From: Escherichia phage UGKSEcP2
Length of the DNA: 64,000 bases
Direction: 5' to 3' (one strand)
Sequence record: OV876900
Under the pieces are notes generated by a model. It was not told the DNA's origin. It saw only the letters and a list, made by a program, of their open reading frames with translations, and did no database searches. Each line of letters opens with the position of its first letter. Position 1 is the stretch's first letter. This document shows positions 31,880-45,836 of the stretch, piece after piece. A program made the position numbers and the translations under genes.

Positions 31880-32128
31880 TTACTTCAGTGTTACCACAAA
31901 ATGACGAACTGCTTTTCGTGCAGCAGAAGCCAGTGGCTTAGCATATTTAAGTTCATCTTTTTCCTGAAGCTCAGCAGCTAATGCAGTTTGAGCAGGATTT
32001 AGATGTTTGAAATAACGCAGGATTTCAAGAGCTTCGGCTTCAACATCAATAGATGCGCCATAGTTTTCGTGACCATTATTCCATGCGTTTCGTTGCAGTT
32101 CAAGAGCGTGTTGTAATTGTTTAATCAT
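31880..32128 (-). CDS. rIII: rIII lysis inhibition accessory protein
   Basis: 82-aa ORF in T4 position between 31 and the gene 30 cluster. Confidence 0.8.
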   Translation of the reverse strand: MIKQLQHALELQRNAWNNGHENYGASIDVEAEALEILRYFKHLNPAQTALAAELQEKDELKYAKPLASAARKAVRHFVVTLK

Positions 32129-32267
32129 TTAAAAATTCTCGTTAGAGATTAAAACTCGGTAGTCACGTTCTTCTGAATTTCATCTTCTTTCGACAGATCT
32201 CTCAGTTGTAGACTACCACATAGAATTGTTCGGTTAACTTATTATTCCGACACCCAATTCATATTAT

Positions 32268-32275
32268 TATTTATA
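32268..32275 (-). promoter_or_regulatory. late promoter-like TATAAATA downstream of gene 31 (candidate for rIII)
   Basis: TATTTATA on + strand abutting the gene 31 stop. Confidence 0.4.
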
Positions 32276-32611
32276 TCACTTATAAAGACACGGAATAGCT
32301 TTATAGTGACAGGTAACGAATTTTTGTTTAATTTCTTTTGGCTGCTTAAGACCCAGAGCTACAAAAGGATGCGGAACGTTTCGAATTTGACCAACTGGAA
32401 GAGAAGTCAAATCACCAACTTCGCAGAAACCTTCAGGAACATCAGGACCAACGGAGTGAACTACACACAGTTCAGGAACTTCACCTTGAACACGTTTACC
32501 GATAATAAGTCCTGATTCTGTAACTTCTTCATCACCGGCTTGTGCAGGTTCAGAAACTAAAATAACATATTCACCGACAGCACGAATTGGTAGCTGTTGT
32601 ACTTCAGACAT
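32276..32611 (-). CDS. 31: gp31 co-chaperonin (GroES analogue)
   Basis: 111-aa ORF recognised as T4 gp31. Confidence 0.9.
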
Positions 32612-32667
32612 CGTTTTTCCTTTTTGTTAACAGATGAATTAATAATAACAAATAATTCTTAAAGCAT

Positions 32668-32976
32668 TTATTTACCAATAAATTGAAGCAAATGCTCAGC
32701 TTTCATACCATTAACGGAAATCAATTTGTCAATAGAAAAACCTCGCCATGCACCAAGCTCAACATCAAATACTGGAATCATATCAGTAGATTCTTTCCGA
32801 GCAGATTCAGTCAATTTACCAGTTTGCATGGTTGGCATAAAGTCCGCATCACGAGTGCCTTTCATAGTACGAATAGTACCATCAGACTTTTCAAAAACTA
32901 CGTTTGAAATCCCCATGGACAATTTAGTTTTCAAAATTTCACGAATTGCTACTTTTTGTTCAGTCGTTAGTTTCAT
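32668..32976 (-). CDS. hypothetical protein
   Basis: 102-aa ORF. Confidence 0.55.
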   Translation of the reverse strand: MKLTTEQKVAIREILKTKLSMGISNVVFEKSDGTIRTMKGTRDADFMPTMQTGKLTESARKESTDMIPVFDVELGAWRGFSIDKLISVNGMKAEHLLQFIGK

Positions 32977-33213
32977 TTATTTACCTATTACAGTTTTAAT
33001 ATGGGTTGTTCCACGTTCTTTAAGAGTGGAAAGCAATTTTTGGCATTTTTCTAAATCAGATTTCCAACTATACGGCCTATCAATACTAGTCCAATCAGTT
33101 TTATAATACTGTTTCCATTTAGAGAAAAAATACTTCTTATACTCTACAGCAAATGAAATGTTCTCATTAGAATAAGAACTAATTGCTGTGAGCTGTACCA
33201 AACGAAATTTCAT
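32977..33213 (-). CDS. hypothetical protein
   Basis: 78-aa ORF. Confidence 0.5.
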   Translation of the reverse strand: MKFRLVQLTAISSYSNENISFAVEYKKYFFSKWKQYYKTDWTSIDRPYSWKSDLEKCQKLLSTLKERGTTHIKTVIGK

Positions 33214-33794
33214 TATTCACCACAGAATTCGTTGATGTTTTCCCAGTTTAACTTATTCAAGTTTTTCTTAGGAACATTAAACACTTCAATACCTGCATTT
33301 CGCAGAATATCATCCCAGCCAGGTTTATTTTTATCGTATGTTTCGCAATAAACCAGCTTTTTAATACCAGATTGAGCTATCGCTTTTGCACAATCTGGGC
33401 AAGGAGAAAGTGTTACATACATAGTAGCACCTTCAATTGAAGAACCGTTTCGTGCAGCAAACAAAATCGCATTTAGTTCAGCATGAATTTCATTTTTAGA
33501 CGACCATTCAGAGTGCGCGCTACGGTGTTCTTTCGCCAAGACAAAACGATCAGTTGAACCAAATGATACGCATTCAGGCTTATGACCTTGAATGATAGTA
33601 TGTTTAGGCTTATTCAGCAACCAACCTTGCTCAGCAGCATAATCACAGCAATTCACACCACCTGCAGGTGAACCATTATATCCGGTAGAAATAATACGTC
33701 CATTCTTTTCAATTACTGCTCCTACCTTCCAGGAGCAACATTTTGATTCTTGCGATACTAAATATGCAATTTGAAGTACTGTACTCGCTTTCAT
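33213..33794 (-). CDS. cd: dCMP deaminase
   Basis: 193-aa ORF; zinc-binding deaminase motifs HAE and PCxxC. Confidence 0.9.
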   Translation of the reverse strand: MKASTVLQIAYLVSQESKCCSWKVGAVIEKNGRIISTGYNGSPAGGVNCCDYAAEQGWLLNKPKHTIIQGHKPECVSFGSTDRFVLAKEHRSAHSEWSSKNEIHAELNAILFAARNGSSIEGATMYVTLSPCPDCAKAIAQSGIKKLVYCETYDKNKPGWDDILRNAGIEVFNVPKKNLNKLNWENINEFCGE

Positions 33795-34129
33795 TTCATA
33801 ATCACCAAATAAGCAGATTTAGCAGTTTCAACACGATAAATTTCGTGACGAAGTTTAGTTATACTTTTAATAACAGAACTAATTATATTCTGCCCATCTT
33901 TAAAGCGGTTTTTCTTATCAATAAAAATTGCGCCAACCATCTTTTTGTGAAGCTCAACTGGATACTTCGTCACAATAATAGCATCATACACAGAAGGATG
34001 AATACTATTCACTAGAGTGTCATTCATTAAAGTTATTCTAATAAACTGTGCTGTTTCAGAGTCAAGCGCTCTATGATCGCCAGTATCATTTTCAAGACAA
34101 TTATCAATTATATCAGTTAAATTCATCAT
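33791..34129 (-). CDS. hypothetical protein
   Basis: 112-aa ORF. Confidence 0.5.
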   Translation of the reverse strand: MMNLTDIIDNCLENDTGDHRALDSETAQFIRITLMNDTLVNSIHPSVYDAIIVTKYPVELHKKMVGAIFIDKKNRFKDGQNIISSVIKSITKLRHEIYRVETAKSAYLVIMK

Positions 34130-34362
34130 AGTACGCCATACACCCTTTGTGCTTCAACTAATCCATCAAAATCCAATTTGAGATGTGTTATTTGGTCACC
34201 ATCACCTGGATTCACAATTACTAATACTGAACGAGGAGTTTCGGTAATAACGCGAACCGATGTTTCTGGAAATCGTTCAGAAACCTTATTTACCAATTCC
34301 TGAGCAAATAGTTTAACTTTTTCTTGGAATTCTTTAACAGTAATTGGTTTTTCACTTAGCAT
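34126..34362 (-). CDS. hypothetical protein
   Basis: 78-aa ORF. Confidence 0.5.
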   Translation of the reverse strand: MLSEKPITVKEFQEKVKLFAQELVNKVSERFPETSVRVITETPRSVLVIVNPGDGDQITHLKLDFDGLVEAQRVYGVL

Positions 34363-34886
34363 GTTGATCCCAGCTCCTTACTTTCAACGTTTTTAACTAA
34401 TTTAACAGAAACTAATTCAGCATCTTGTGTAATCATTACCGGGCCTTCTTCATACTCTTCAAGATATTCTAGAGCTTTCTTTTTAGCTTCTTCCTTCGTA
34501 TCAGTTTGAGCATAGATATAAAACATGCAACCACCAGTAATACCTACTACTTTCCACTTAATTTCTTTATCAGTTTTAATTTCAAATTTACTGACAGAAT
34601 CATCTTTTTGAACTTCTTCGAAAAAAGAATATTCTAACATATAAGCAATTGAAAATAACGGGCTAACTTTATAAGATTCGCCCATTACATCAACAGCTTT
34701 ATACCAGCGGTCATCAATTTCGCGTTTAATGCTAATAACATTTTTCGCAGGATCTATTTTTACTTTAAATGAATTTTCCCCAATAAACTGGGCAATTCGT
34801 TTATTAGCACCACAGGTTTCATTAAAAATATCTTTATATCCAGCTTTAAAGCGATAAACCTTATCTTCTTCAAACCATTCGCTCAT
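34356..34886 (-). CDS. hypothetical protein
   Basis: 176-aa ORF with early promoter upstream. Confidence 0.55.
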   Translation of the reverse strand: MSEWFEEDKVYRFKAGYKDIFNETCGANKRIAQFIGENSFKVKIDPAKNVISIKREIDDRWYKAVDVMGESYKVSPLFSIAYMLEYSFFEEVQKDDSVSKFEIKTDKEIKWKVVGITGGCMFYIYAQTDTKEEAKKKALEYLEEYEEGPVMITQDAELVSVKLVKNVESKELGSTC

Positions 34887-34916
34887 TTCAATTTCCTCAT
34901 TTGTTTTGGTAGAGCT

Positions 34917-34946
34917 ATAATATCACAACTCTACCGTAAAGTAAAC
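34917..34946 (-). promoter_or_regulatory. early promoter GTTTAC-N18-TATTAT (ORF 34356..34886)
   Basis: Hexamers on minus strand followed by GAGGAA RBS. Confidence 0.55.
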
Positions 34947-34948
34947 TA

Positions 34949-35224
34949 TTAAAATGCTTTGAATTCTGATGTCTGCGATTCAAAGCAAATATCGCCTTTG
35001 ATGACTAGCTCAGCATCAAGACCAAATACGACAATGATATGCGCAGAACCTGGATACAACGTAATGGCAATAGAATCCACCTGGTCTGGAAGCAAAGTGT
35101 TCAATACATGAGTCACTTGAGCATGAATTCGAAGCTCGGCAGCGTTATCAAGCTTTTCAAACATATTATTAGCAATAATTTGGCTAAACACTACTTCTAC
35201 GATTTTAGAATAAGTCGGAAACAT
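34949..35224 (-). CDS. hypothetical protein
   Basis: 91-aa ORF. Confidence 0.5.
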   Translation of the reverse strand: MFPTYSKIVEVVFSQIIANNMFEKLDNAAELRIHAQVTHVLNTLLPDQVDSIAITLYPGSAHIIVVFGLDAELVIKGDICFESQTSEFKAF

Positions 35225-35226
35225 AT

Positions 35227-35427
35227 TTACCTCACATAATTTTCTTCAAGCCAATCAATAACATCCAACGCATTATCAAAAGTTGAACCATCTACTTTGT
35301 CTTCTGTTTCATAATCAAGAACATCTAAGCCTACTCTTCCATCAACAATAGGCCATAAACAAAATAGATATTTCTTTTCTTTTTCAATTTTATCACAAAG
35401 CCGATAAATCTTTTCTATGTTATTCAT
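35227..35427 (-). CDS. hypothetical protein
   Basis: 66-aa ORF. Confidence 0.5.
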   Translation of the reverse strand: MNNIEKIYRLCDKIEKEKKYLFCLWPIVDGRVGLDVLDYETEDKVDGSTFDNALDVIDWLEENYVR

Positions 35428-35613
35428 AAGTTTTCCATGGTAAAGGCAGTTTAGTTTTCTTTACTGTTAGTTCAACATCAGGATTCTTTTCTCTTAATTT
35501 AAGGCATTCCTCCCAAGCTCTGATTTCACTAGTGAATACACAAAATTGCCCATTACTAGTACCAACTAAACCGCTATTTACAATAATAGCCCAAGTTTCA
35601 TGATGCCACGCCA

Positions 35614-35614
<1 letters not shown>
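35420..35614 (-). CDS. hypothetical protein
   Basis: 64 aa from internal ATG abutting pseT stop (track ORF extends 30 nt into pseT). Confidence 0.45.
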
Positions 35615-36839
<1,225 letters not shown>

Positions 36840-36842
36840 TTA

Positions 36843-37067
36843 TTATTTCTCAACCAATGATTGAATATAATCATGTAAGTCTTTAGATGCTTTACCCCAC
36901 TTATTTTGGTATTCATTTTTAAGATTAGCACGAGATTGAGCTAATAAAACATCATTAGTTGGAGGTAAAGATTCTAACCGCTGAATCTGGCGTCCGTAAA
37001 TCATTGCAGCCATCTCGGATTCATAAATCAATCCTTTGAGATGTTCAAATTGATGCCATGAAATCAT
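36843..37067 (-). CDS. hypothetical protein
   Basis: 74-aa ORF. Confidence 0.5.
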   Translation of the reverse strand: MISWHQFEHLKGLIYESEMAAMIYGRQIQRLESLPPTNDVLLAQSRANLKNEYQNKWGKASKDLHDYIQSLVEK

Positions 37068-37363
37068 TTACATTTATCCTCTTTTAACTCTTGACGATAA
37101 TAACATATCATAGTTTTCTGATCATGTACATATCGTTTTACATCATTAAGCCAAATACGAAATTCCTGGGAATCTTCGAATGGCATACCGACCCAAGCTT
37201 TACCATCAATAACTTTAACTTGCCAAGATAGTTTAGCTTCATCGTATGACTTTATTTGTACAGGCCAATTAGGATGAACTGTTTCTTTCTTTACTTCTAG
37301 AGGCTTTGTCGAACAACCAACTAGAATACCAATAGATAATATTACTGCTGATAGTTTAATCAT
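37064..37363 (-). CDS. pseT.2: outer-membrane spanin (o-spanin) lipoprotein
   Basis: 99-aa ORF; signal peptide with lipobox LVGC; start overlaps upstream i-spanin stop. Confidence 0.65.
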   Translation of the reverse strand: MIKLSAVILSIGILVGCSTKPLEVKKETVHPNWPVQIKSYDEAKLSWQVKVIDGKAWVGMPFEDSQEFRIWLNDVKRYVHDQKTMICYYRQELKEDKCK

Positions 37364-37713
37364 TTAGAAAGGTCCTGGATGTCTTCTGCGAACTTGTTGA
37401 AGGAGTTGTTGATTTGTTTTTCAACCAATCCTGGCTTATGAGCCACCACATCCGCCTTCTTTGCGTCTTTGCGCAGTTTTTCATTTTCACGCTCAATAGC
37501 AGCAATTGCCTCACGATTTTTATTATTCATCGCATCAATATAATTATACTGAATTCGCAAATTATTTAATGCTAAAGCGTTTTCATTGGCCGTTTTTGTA
37601 ATTTCTATAACAGACGTTTCTAATCTTTCAATTTTATTTTTTAAAATTAAAGAAGTTCCGCCCAATGCAATTACAATTAATAACAAGCCTGTTGTCGTAT
37701 TACTTAATTGCAT
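37360..37713 (-). CDS. pseT.3: inner-membrane spanin (i-spanin)
   Basis: 117-aa ORF; N-terminal hydrophobic helix then charged coiled-coil-like region. Confidence 0.65.
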   Translation of the reverse strand: MQLSNTTTGLLLIVIALGGTSLILKNKIERLETSVIEITKTANENALALNNLRIQYNYIDAMNNKNREAIAAIERENEKLRKDAKKADVVAHKPGLVEKQINNSFNKFAEDIQDLSK

Positions 37714-38207
37714 AAAGTTTTAATAACCTCTATAATATCGTCTTGAGAAAGACCGTTAATTAAAATATGATGTTCAGCCGGAGATTTAGAAATTTTAAAG
37801 CATGCCTCAACATCTTCTGCCATATCTGATGCGCTACGATTTGGATTACTAATTCCAAGACGATGTTTTCCCGTTAAAGGATTAACGATGATATAGCATT
37901 TACAGTTGTTAATATGAACATTAGGTTGAGTCTGATTAATGAACACATCACAATCATATTTCGCAAGCTGATTTTCTAAAAAGACTTTCATCTCCTCAAC
38001 CGCATCAGGAAGCATATCACGGGCTTGCTCAAGACGACGATTTCGATATTCTTTAATGGTCGTTTTCCGCTTGACTTGCTTAGCTAAATCTTTCTTAAGA
38101 TCGGTGATATATCCAACTCGACGATTTCCTTTAAATACAGAAATCCCATCTGTAGTATCACCGTATGCTTCAACGACCATCTCAGTAGTAATAAGCTGCA
38201 AATCCAT
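37704..38207 (-). CDS. alc: Alc, inhibitor of host transcription on cytosine-containing DNA
   Basis: 167-aa ORF recognised as T4 Alc; early promoter upstream. Confidence 0.85.
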   Translation of the reverse strand: MDLQLITTEMVVEAYGDTTDGISVFKGNRRVGYITDLKKDLAKQVKRKTTIKEYRNRRLEQARDMLPDAVEEMKVFLENQLAKYDCDVFINQTQPNVHINNCKCYIIVNPLTGKHRLGISNPNRSASDMAEDVEACFKISKSPAEHHILINGLSQDDIIEVIKTLCN

Positions 38208-38239
38208 TATAAAGTCCTCATGTTATGTCAGTAAGATTA

Positions 38240-38268
38240 CTATAACACAGCACGAGGGACTTGTAAAC
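38240..38268 (-). promoter_or_regulatory. early promoter GTTTAC-N18-TATAGT (alc)
   Basis: Near-identical to the cassette at 22692..22752. Confidence 0.65.
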
Positions 38269-38271
38269 AGC

Positions 38272-39859
<1,588 letters not shown>

Positions 39860-39867
39860 AATAAAAT

Positions 39868-39881
39868 GGGCCTTGCGGCCC
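39868..39881 (-). terminator. stem-loop between nrdB and denA
   Basis: GGGCC-loop-GGCCC followed by U-rich tract on minus strand. Confidence 0.5.
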
Positions 39882-39886
39882 ACTCC

Positions 39887-41065
39887 TTAAAAATATTTTT
39901 TAAAACTCATCATAACTTTATCATCAACATCATTATCAATCTGTGCTACAAGATAAGATGACAGTTCTACTTCTTGTGGCGCGGATTGAACATTATCAGA
40001 ATTAAGATATTCACGAATCCAAGGATACGGATGTTTAACCGGAGCATCGGTAATTGGGCATGGAAGACCACACTGTTTCATACGAGATACAGTTAAGTAA
40101 TCAATAAAGTTCCACATGCTATTTGTATTTAATCCAGGAACATCGCCATCTTTAAATAAATGAACTGCCCAGTCTTTTTCTTGACGGTTAACTTCCATGA
40201 AAATATCAACTGCTTCTTGTTCACACTCTTGGGCGATTTTAACCCATTCATCACCATCAGTGCCAAGTTGAAGTTGACGAATAATATATTGGGTGCCTTT
40301 AAGGTGAAGCTGCTCATCACGTGCAATGAACTTCATAATCTTGGCATTACCTTCCATGATTTCCATGTTCTTATGGAAGTTAAAGGTACATGCGAAAGAT
40401 ACATAAAAACGAATAGCTTCCAATGCGTTGATTACATGCAGACAAAGGTAAAGAGAACGCATTAGTTCGTATTTGCATTCTTCTACATGCATAAGGCTAT
40501 TTGAATATGCGTCCAAATCATATTCATTCTCTGAAAAACACCTAAAAATTTCTTTTGCGTTTTCCCATTCACGAGTTTTCTCAATAACATCATCATAATA
40601 ACGACCAATAGATTCAGCACGTTTCATGATAGCTTTATCTAATACAATCTCATCAAATACCTTTGACGGATCAGTATAAAGATTTCGCATGATATGAGTA
40701 TATGAACGACTGTGAATAGTTTCGCTAAAAGTCCATGTAGCAACCCATGTATCAAGGCTTGGATCTGAAATTAATGACATAAGTACAGCAGACGGTGCAC
40801 GACCCTGAATGCTATCCAAAAGTGATTGATACTTCAGGTTATTAGTAAAAATATCTTGCTGATACTGGGGAAGCTTGTTAAATTGTGCAGCATCCATCAT
40901 CAAGTTTACTTCTTCAGGACGCCAGAAAAATGACAACTGCTTTTCGGTTAAATCTTCAAAAACTTTATGACGTTGAATATCATAACGCGCAATACCAAGA
41001 CCTGAACCGAAGAACATAGGTTCTTTTAAAACATCAACTGGATTTGTATTAAAAACTGTGCTCAT
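39887..41065 (-). CDS. nrdB: ribonucleotide reductase small subunit, uninterrupted
   Basis: 392-aa continuous ORF. Confidence 0.93.
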   Translation of the reverse strand: MSTVFNTNPVDVLKEPMFFGSGLGIARYDIQRHKVFEDLTEKQLSFFWRPEEVNLMMDAAQFNKLPQYQQDIFTNNLKYQSLLDSIQGRAPSAVLMSLISDPSLDTWVATWTFSETIHSRSYTHIMRNLYTDPSKVFDEIVLDKAIMKRAESIGRYYDDVIEKTREWENAKEIFRCFSENEYDLDAYSNSLMHVEECKYELMRSLYLCLHVINALEAIRFYVSFACTFNFHKNMEIMEGNAKIMKFIARDEQLHLKGTQYIIRQLQLGTDGDEWVKIAQECEQEAVDIFMEVNRQEKDWAVHLFKDGDVPGLNTNSMWNFIDYLTVSRMKQCGLPCPITDAPVKHPYPWIREYLNSDNVQSAPQEVELSSYLVAQIDNDVDDKVMMSFKKYF

Positions 41066-41116
41066 AAATTTTCCGCTTAGTTAATAGATAGTGACTCGTC
41101 CGTGAGTCAAATTATA

Positions 41117-43381
41117 TCATAATTTACAGGATGAACAATCTTCAGCTTTTGGAGTTTCTATTTCATAATCATCAGTACCAGAACCGTCACGGGTATTATG
41201 ATAATAGAAATTTTTTCCGCCAAAATACCAAAAATACAAAAGGTCATCAATCATTATTGACATTGGAACCTTTCCTTTTGGAAAAATCTGCGGGTCATAA
41301 TATGTATTCGCTGAAGCTGATTGACACACCCATTTCAGCATAATAGCTACTTGCGTAAGATAAGGTTTATTGCCTTTCTTAGCTAATTTCCATGTATAAT
41401 CATAGAGGTCTATGTTGTGCTCAATATTGGGCACGACTTGATTAAAGGAGCCCTCTTTTGATTCTTTAACAGAGACTGGTCCACGTGGAGGCTCGATACC
41501 GTTTGTACTGTTAGAAACTTGGGAAGATGACTCACATGGCATAAGTGCTGATAATGTGCTATTACGGATGCCAAAGAGCTTAAGGTCTTCCCGCAGCGAC
41601 GACCAGTCACAAACGTATTTTGGAGCTGCGATTTGGTCAATCTTTTTATTGTACCAGTCGATAGGTAATTCGCCTCGAGACCAACGAGTGTCTGAATAAT
41701 ATTCGCAAGGTCCTTTTTCTTTGGCGAGCTTAATGGATGCTTTAATGAGTCCATACTGTAGTCTCTCAAATAGTTCATGTGTTAAATCGTTAGCATCTTC
41801 ATAAGAAGCAAAATTACTTGCCAGCCAAGCTGCATAGTTAGTAACACCTACGCCAAGGTTTCGACGTTTTTTAGCTTTTTCTGCTTCAGGAACTGGATAT
41901 CCTTGGTAATCCAAAAGATTATCAAGAGCACGAACTTGGACTTCTGCCAATTCATTAATTTTATCTTGGTCTTGCCAATCGAAGTTATCTAACACAAATG
42001 CAGATAACGTACACAATCCAATTTCAGCATCAGGACTATTCACATCATTTGTTGGAATAGCAATTTCACAACACAAGTTGCTCTGACGAATAGGTGCCTT
42101 TTCACGAATAAACGGAGTATAGTTATTCGTATTATCAATGAACTGTACATAAATCCTTGCTGTTCCTGAGCGTTCAGTCATGAGCAATTCAAACAGTTCA
42201 CGGGCTTTAATACGCTTTTTACGAATATTAGGGTCTTTTTCTGCAGCTTCGTATAATTCACGGAAACGGTCTTGGTCTTTAAAATAAGAATAGTAAAGTT
42301 CGCCACCCATTTCATGCGGACTGAACAAAGTAATGTAATCATTCTTTCCAAATCGTTCCATCATCAAATCATTCAGCTGGACGCCATAATCCATATGACG
42401 GATACGGTTTTCTTCTACACCTTTGTTATTTTTCAAAACGAGAAGATTTTCAACTTCCAAATGCCAAATAGGATAATAAGCAGTAGCAGCGCCGCCACGA
42501 ATTCCACCCTGTGAGCATGATTTAACAGCAGTTTGAAAATGTTTCCAAAAAGGAATAACACCAGTATGACGTACTTCACCTGTGCCAATCTTAGAACCTT
42601 CGGCACGAATCATACCAACGTTAATACCAATTCCAGCGCGTTTGGAGATATATTCAACAATTGAAGCGGAAGCCTTATTGATAGACTTTAATGAATCACC
42701 TGCCTCAATAACAACGCATGAACTAAACTGCCGAGTTGGAGTACGGCAACCGGCCATAATAGGAGTTGGCAGTGAAATCTGTCGAGTAGATACTGCTTCA
42801 TAAAAACGAATAACATGTTTTAATCTATCAACAGGTTCATCTTGATGCAATGCCATTCCAATAGTCATAAATGCAAACTGTGGAGTTTCATAAATTTGAC
42901 CAGTGGTTTTATCTTTAACTAGATATTTTTCTTTTAATTGCATCGCCCCGGAATAAGTAAATTCCATATCCCGTTCGTGCTTAATTTTTGATTCTAAAAA
43001 TGTAATTTCTTCTGCTGAATATTTTGACAACAATTCAGGGTCGTATTTACCTTCATTTACACAGTAAGAAATATGGTCAATAAATGAACGTGGTTCATAC
43101 TGCCCGTAAACATGCTTACGAAGAGCGAACATTAAGCAGCGTGCAGCTACATATTGATAATCAGGCTCTTCAACTGAAATAGAATTCGCAGCAGCCTTAA
43201 TTACAATGGTTTGAATGTCATCAGTTGTCATTCCATCACGGAGATATGATTTAATATTTTCATATAATTCATAAGGATCTACAGATGTTCCTTCAGCTGC
43301 CCAAGATAAAACTTTAATAATTTTTTGTGGGTCAAAGCTCTGAGAAACACCACTACTTTTGATAACATTAATTAATTGCAT
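41117..43381 (-). CDS. nrdA: ribonucleotide reductase large subunit
   Basis: 754-aa ORF. Confidence 0.95.
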   Translation of the reverse strand: MQLINVIKSSGVSQSFDPQKIIKVLSWAAEGTSVDPYELYENIKSYLRDGMTTDDIQTIVIKAAANSISVEEPDYQYVAARCLMFALRKHVYGQYEPRSFIDHISYCVNEGKYDPELLSKYSAEEITFLESKIKHERDMEFTYSGAMQLKEKYLVKDKTTGQIYETPQFAFMTIGMALHQDEPVDRLKHVIRFYEAVSTRQISLPTPIMAGCRTPTRQFSSCVVIEAGDSLKSINKASASIVEYISKRAGIGINVGMIRAEGSKIGTGEVRHTGVIPFWKHFQTAVKSCSQGGIRGGAATAYYPIWHLEVENLLVLKNNKGVEENRIRHMDYGVQLNDLMMERFGKNDYITLFSPHEMGGELYYSYFKDQDRFRELYEAAEKDPNIRKKRIKARELFELLMTERSGTARIYVQFIDNTNNYTPFIREKAPIRQSNLCCEIAIPTNDVNSPDAEIGLCTLSAFVLDNFDWQDQDKINELAEVQVRALDNLLDYQGYPVPEAEKAKKRRNLGVGVTNYAAWLASNFASYEDANDLTHELFERLQYGLIKASIKLAKEKGPCEYYSDTRWSRGELPIDWYNKKIDQIAAPKYVCDWSSLREDLKLFGIRNSTLSALMPCESSSQVSNSTNGIEPPRGPVSVKESKEGSFNQVVPNIEHNIDLYDYTWKLAKKGNKPYLTQVAIMLKWVCQSASANTYYDPQIFPKGKVPMSIMIDDLLYFWYFGGKNFYYHNTRDGSGTDDYEIETPKAEDCSSCKL

Positions 43382-43698
43382 AAGTCCTCAACTTGAAAAT
43401 CGTCTTTAAACAATCGGTTAACTATATGAGCTATTATATCACCATGACACGGCTTTGGTTTACATGTGCATCCTAGCCTCATTCCACGTAAAGGCTCTAA
43501 ATGTGCTTTAGTTATTTCTCCGGATTTAATTCGACGTATAAAATCTTTTTTGAATAATTCAATGGCAGCCTCCCGGCTGCCAGCATCTTTACCGACGTAA
43601 TTTCCCCAAAATGTACCACGGTGAATATTAACATCAAAGTCGGATTTATATTTATTCACTACCTGGCATAGACGGCCCGCGCGGTGATAATTCGTCAT
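43372..43698 (-). CDS. DUF4326-like protein
   Basis: 108-aa ORF; conserved C-terminal GxxLxCxC...CHGD pattern. Confidence 0.55.
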   Translation of the reverse strand: MTNYHRAGRLCQVVNKYKSDFDVNIHRGTFWGNYVGKDAGSREAAIELFKKDFIRRIKSGEITKAHLEPLRGMRLGCTCKPKPCHGDIIAHIVNRLFKDDFQVEDLCN

Positions 43699-43915
43699 AT
43701 TGTTTTTCCGTTAAAACAGTAATATCATAATAACAGTCAGAAGAAGTTTTAACTGTGGAAATTTTATTATCAAAATACTCACGAGTCATTTTATGAGTAT
43801 AATATTTTTTGCCATAAATGATAATAGGCTGATTTGGTCCTGGAACTTCTAACTCGCTTGGATTAGGAAGTGTAAAAAGAACTACACCAGAAGTATCCTT
43901 AAATCGTAAAATCAT
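43652..43915 (-). CDS. hypothetical protein
   Basis: 87 aa from first ATG (track ORF begins at TTG); 3' end overlaps next gene by 47 nt. Confidence 0.45.
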   Translation of the reverse strand: MILRFKDTSGVVLFTLPNPSELEVPGPNQPIIIYGKKYYTHKMTREYFDNKISTVKTSSDCYYDITVLTEKQYDELSPRGPSMPGSE

Positions 43916-43938
43916 ATATCCTCTCAATTAAATTAAAA

Positions 43939-44798
43939 TTACACCGCCATCTTTCCTTTAATTGGCGGGTGAGATACATAGTTGTTAAGAACAAAATTAT
44001 GCGGCTTTGCGAATTGACTCAACCAAAATACCTGCGATTCTGTGTCCCATTCATCAAATTCATCTGGAAATTTTAATTGTAATTCGCATAAATCCATAGG
44101 TTCACGACGCAAAATTTCTTTACATTGTTCTACGTGATTCATATAGATATGAGTATTACCACCAGAAAATATCAAATCTCCAGGAATAAGTTTACACATC
44201 TTAGCTACAATATGAACTAACGTAGCATATGATGCAATATTAAATGGAAGACCGAGGAAAACATCTACCGAACGTTGATACCACTGCAAATCCAAATAGC
44301 CATTACGCACATTAAATTGATAGAACATATGACAAGGTGGTAATGCCATTTGCTTGAGTTCAGCTGGATTCCATGCTGAAACAATTTGACGTCTATCATT
44401 TGGCAGTTTTTTAATACGATCAACAACTTCTATAATTTGGTCTACACCACCAAAATCACGCCACTGTTTTCCATAAATTGGACCAAGTTCACCACTATGG
44501 TATCCTAAATCTTTTGCTTGATTTTCGTAATTTTCATCCCAGACTGTTTTGCCTTGAATTAATGAATCATGTTGAATTAATCGCAAATCATTGACATTTG
44601 TGCTTCCCGATAAAAACCATATTAGCTCAGCAATGCAAGCTTTCCAGGCAAGCTTCTTAGTCGTTACTGCAGGAAAACCTTTAGTTAAATCCCAGCGTAA
44701 TTTAGTACCGAACAAAGCAATTGTTCCTGTGCCTGTTCGGTCATCGGTTTCATAACCGTTTTCCAGGATATCTTTAATTAAAAATTGGTATTGTTTCA

Positions 44799-44799
<1 letters not shown>
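43939..44799 (-). CDS. td: thymidylate synthase, uninterrupted (no intron)
   Basis: 286 aa from ATG (MKQYQ...); continuous reading frame. Confidence 0.93.
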
Positions 44800-45828
<1,029 letters not shown>

Positions 45829-45836
45829 ATTATCTC

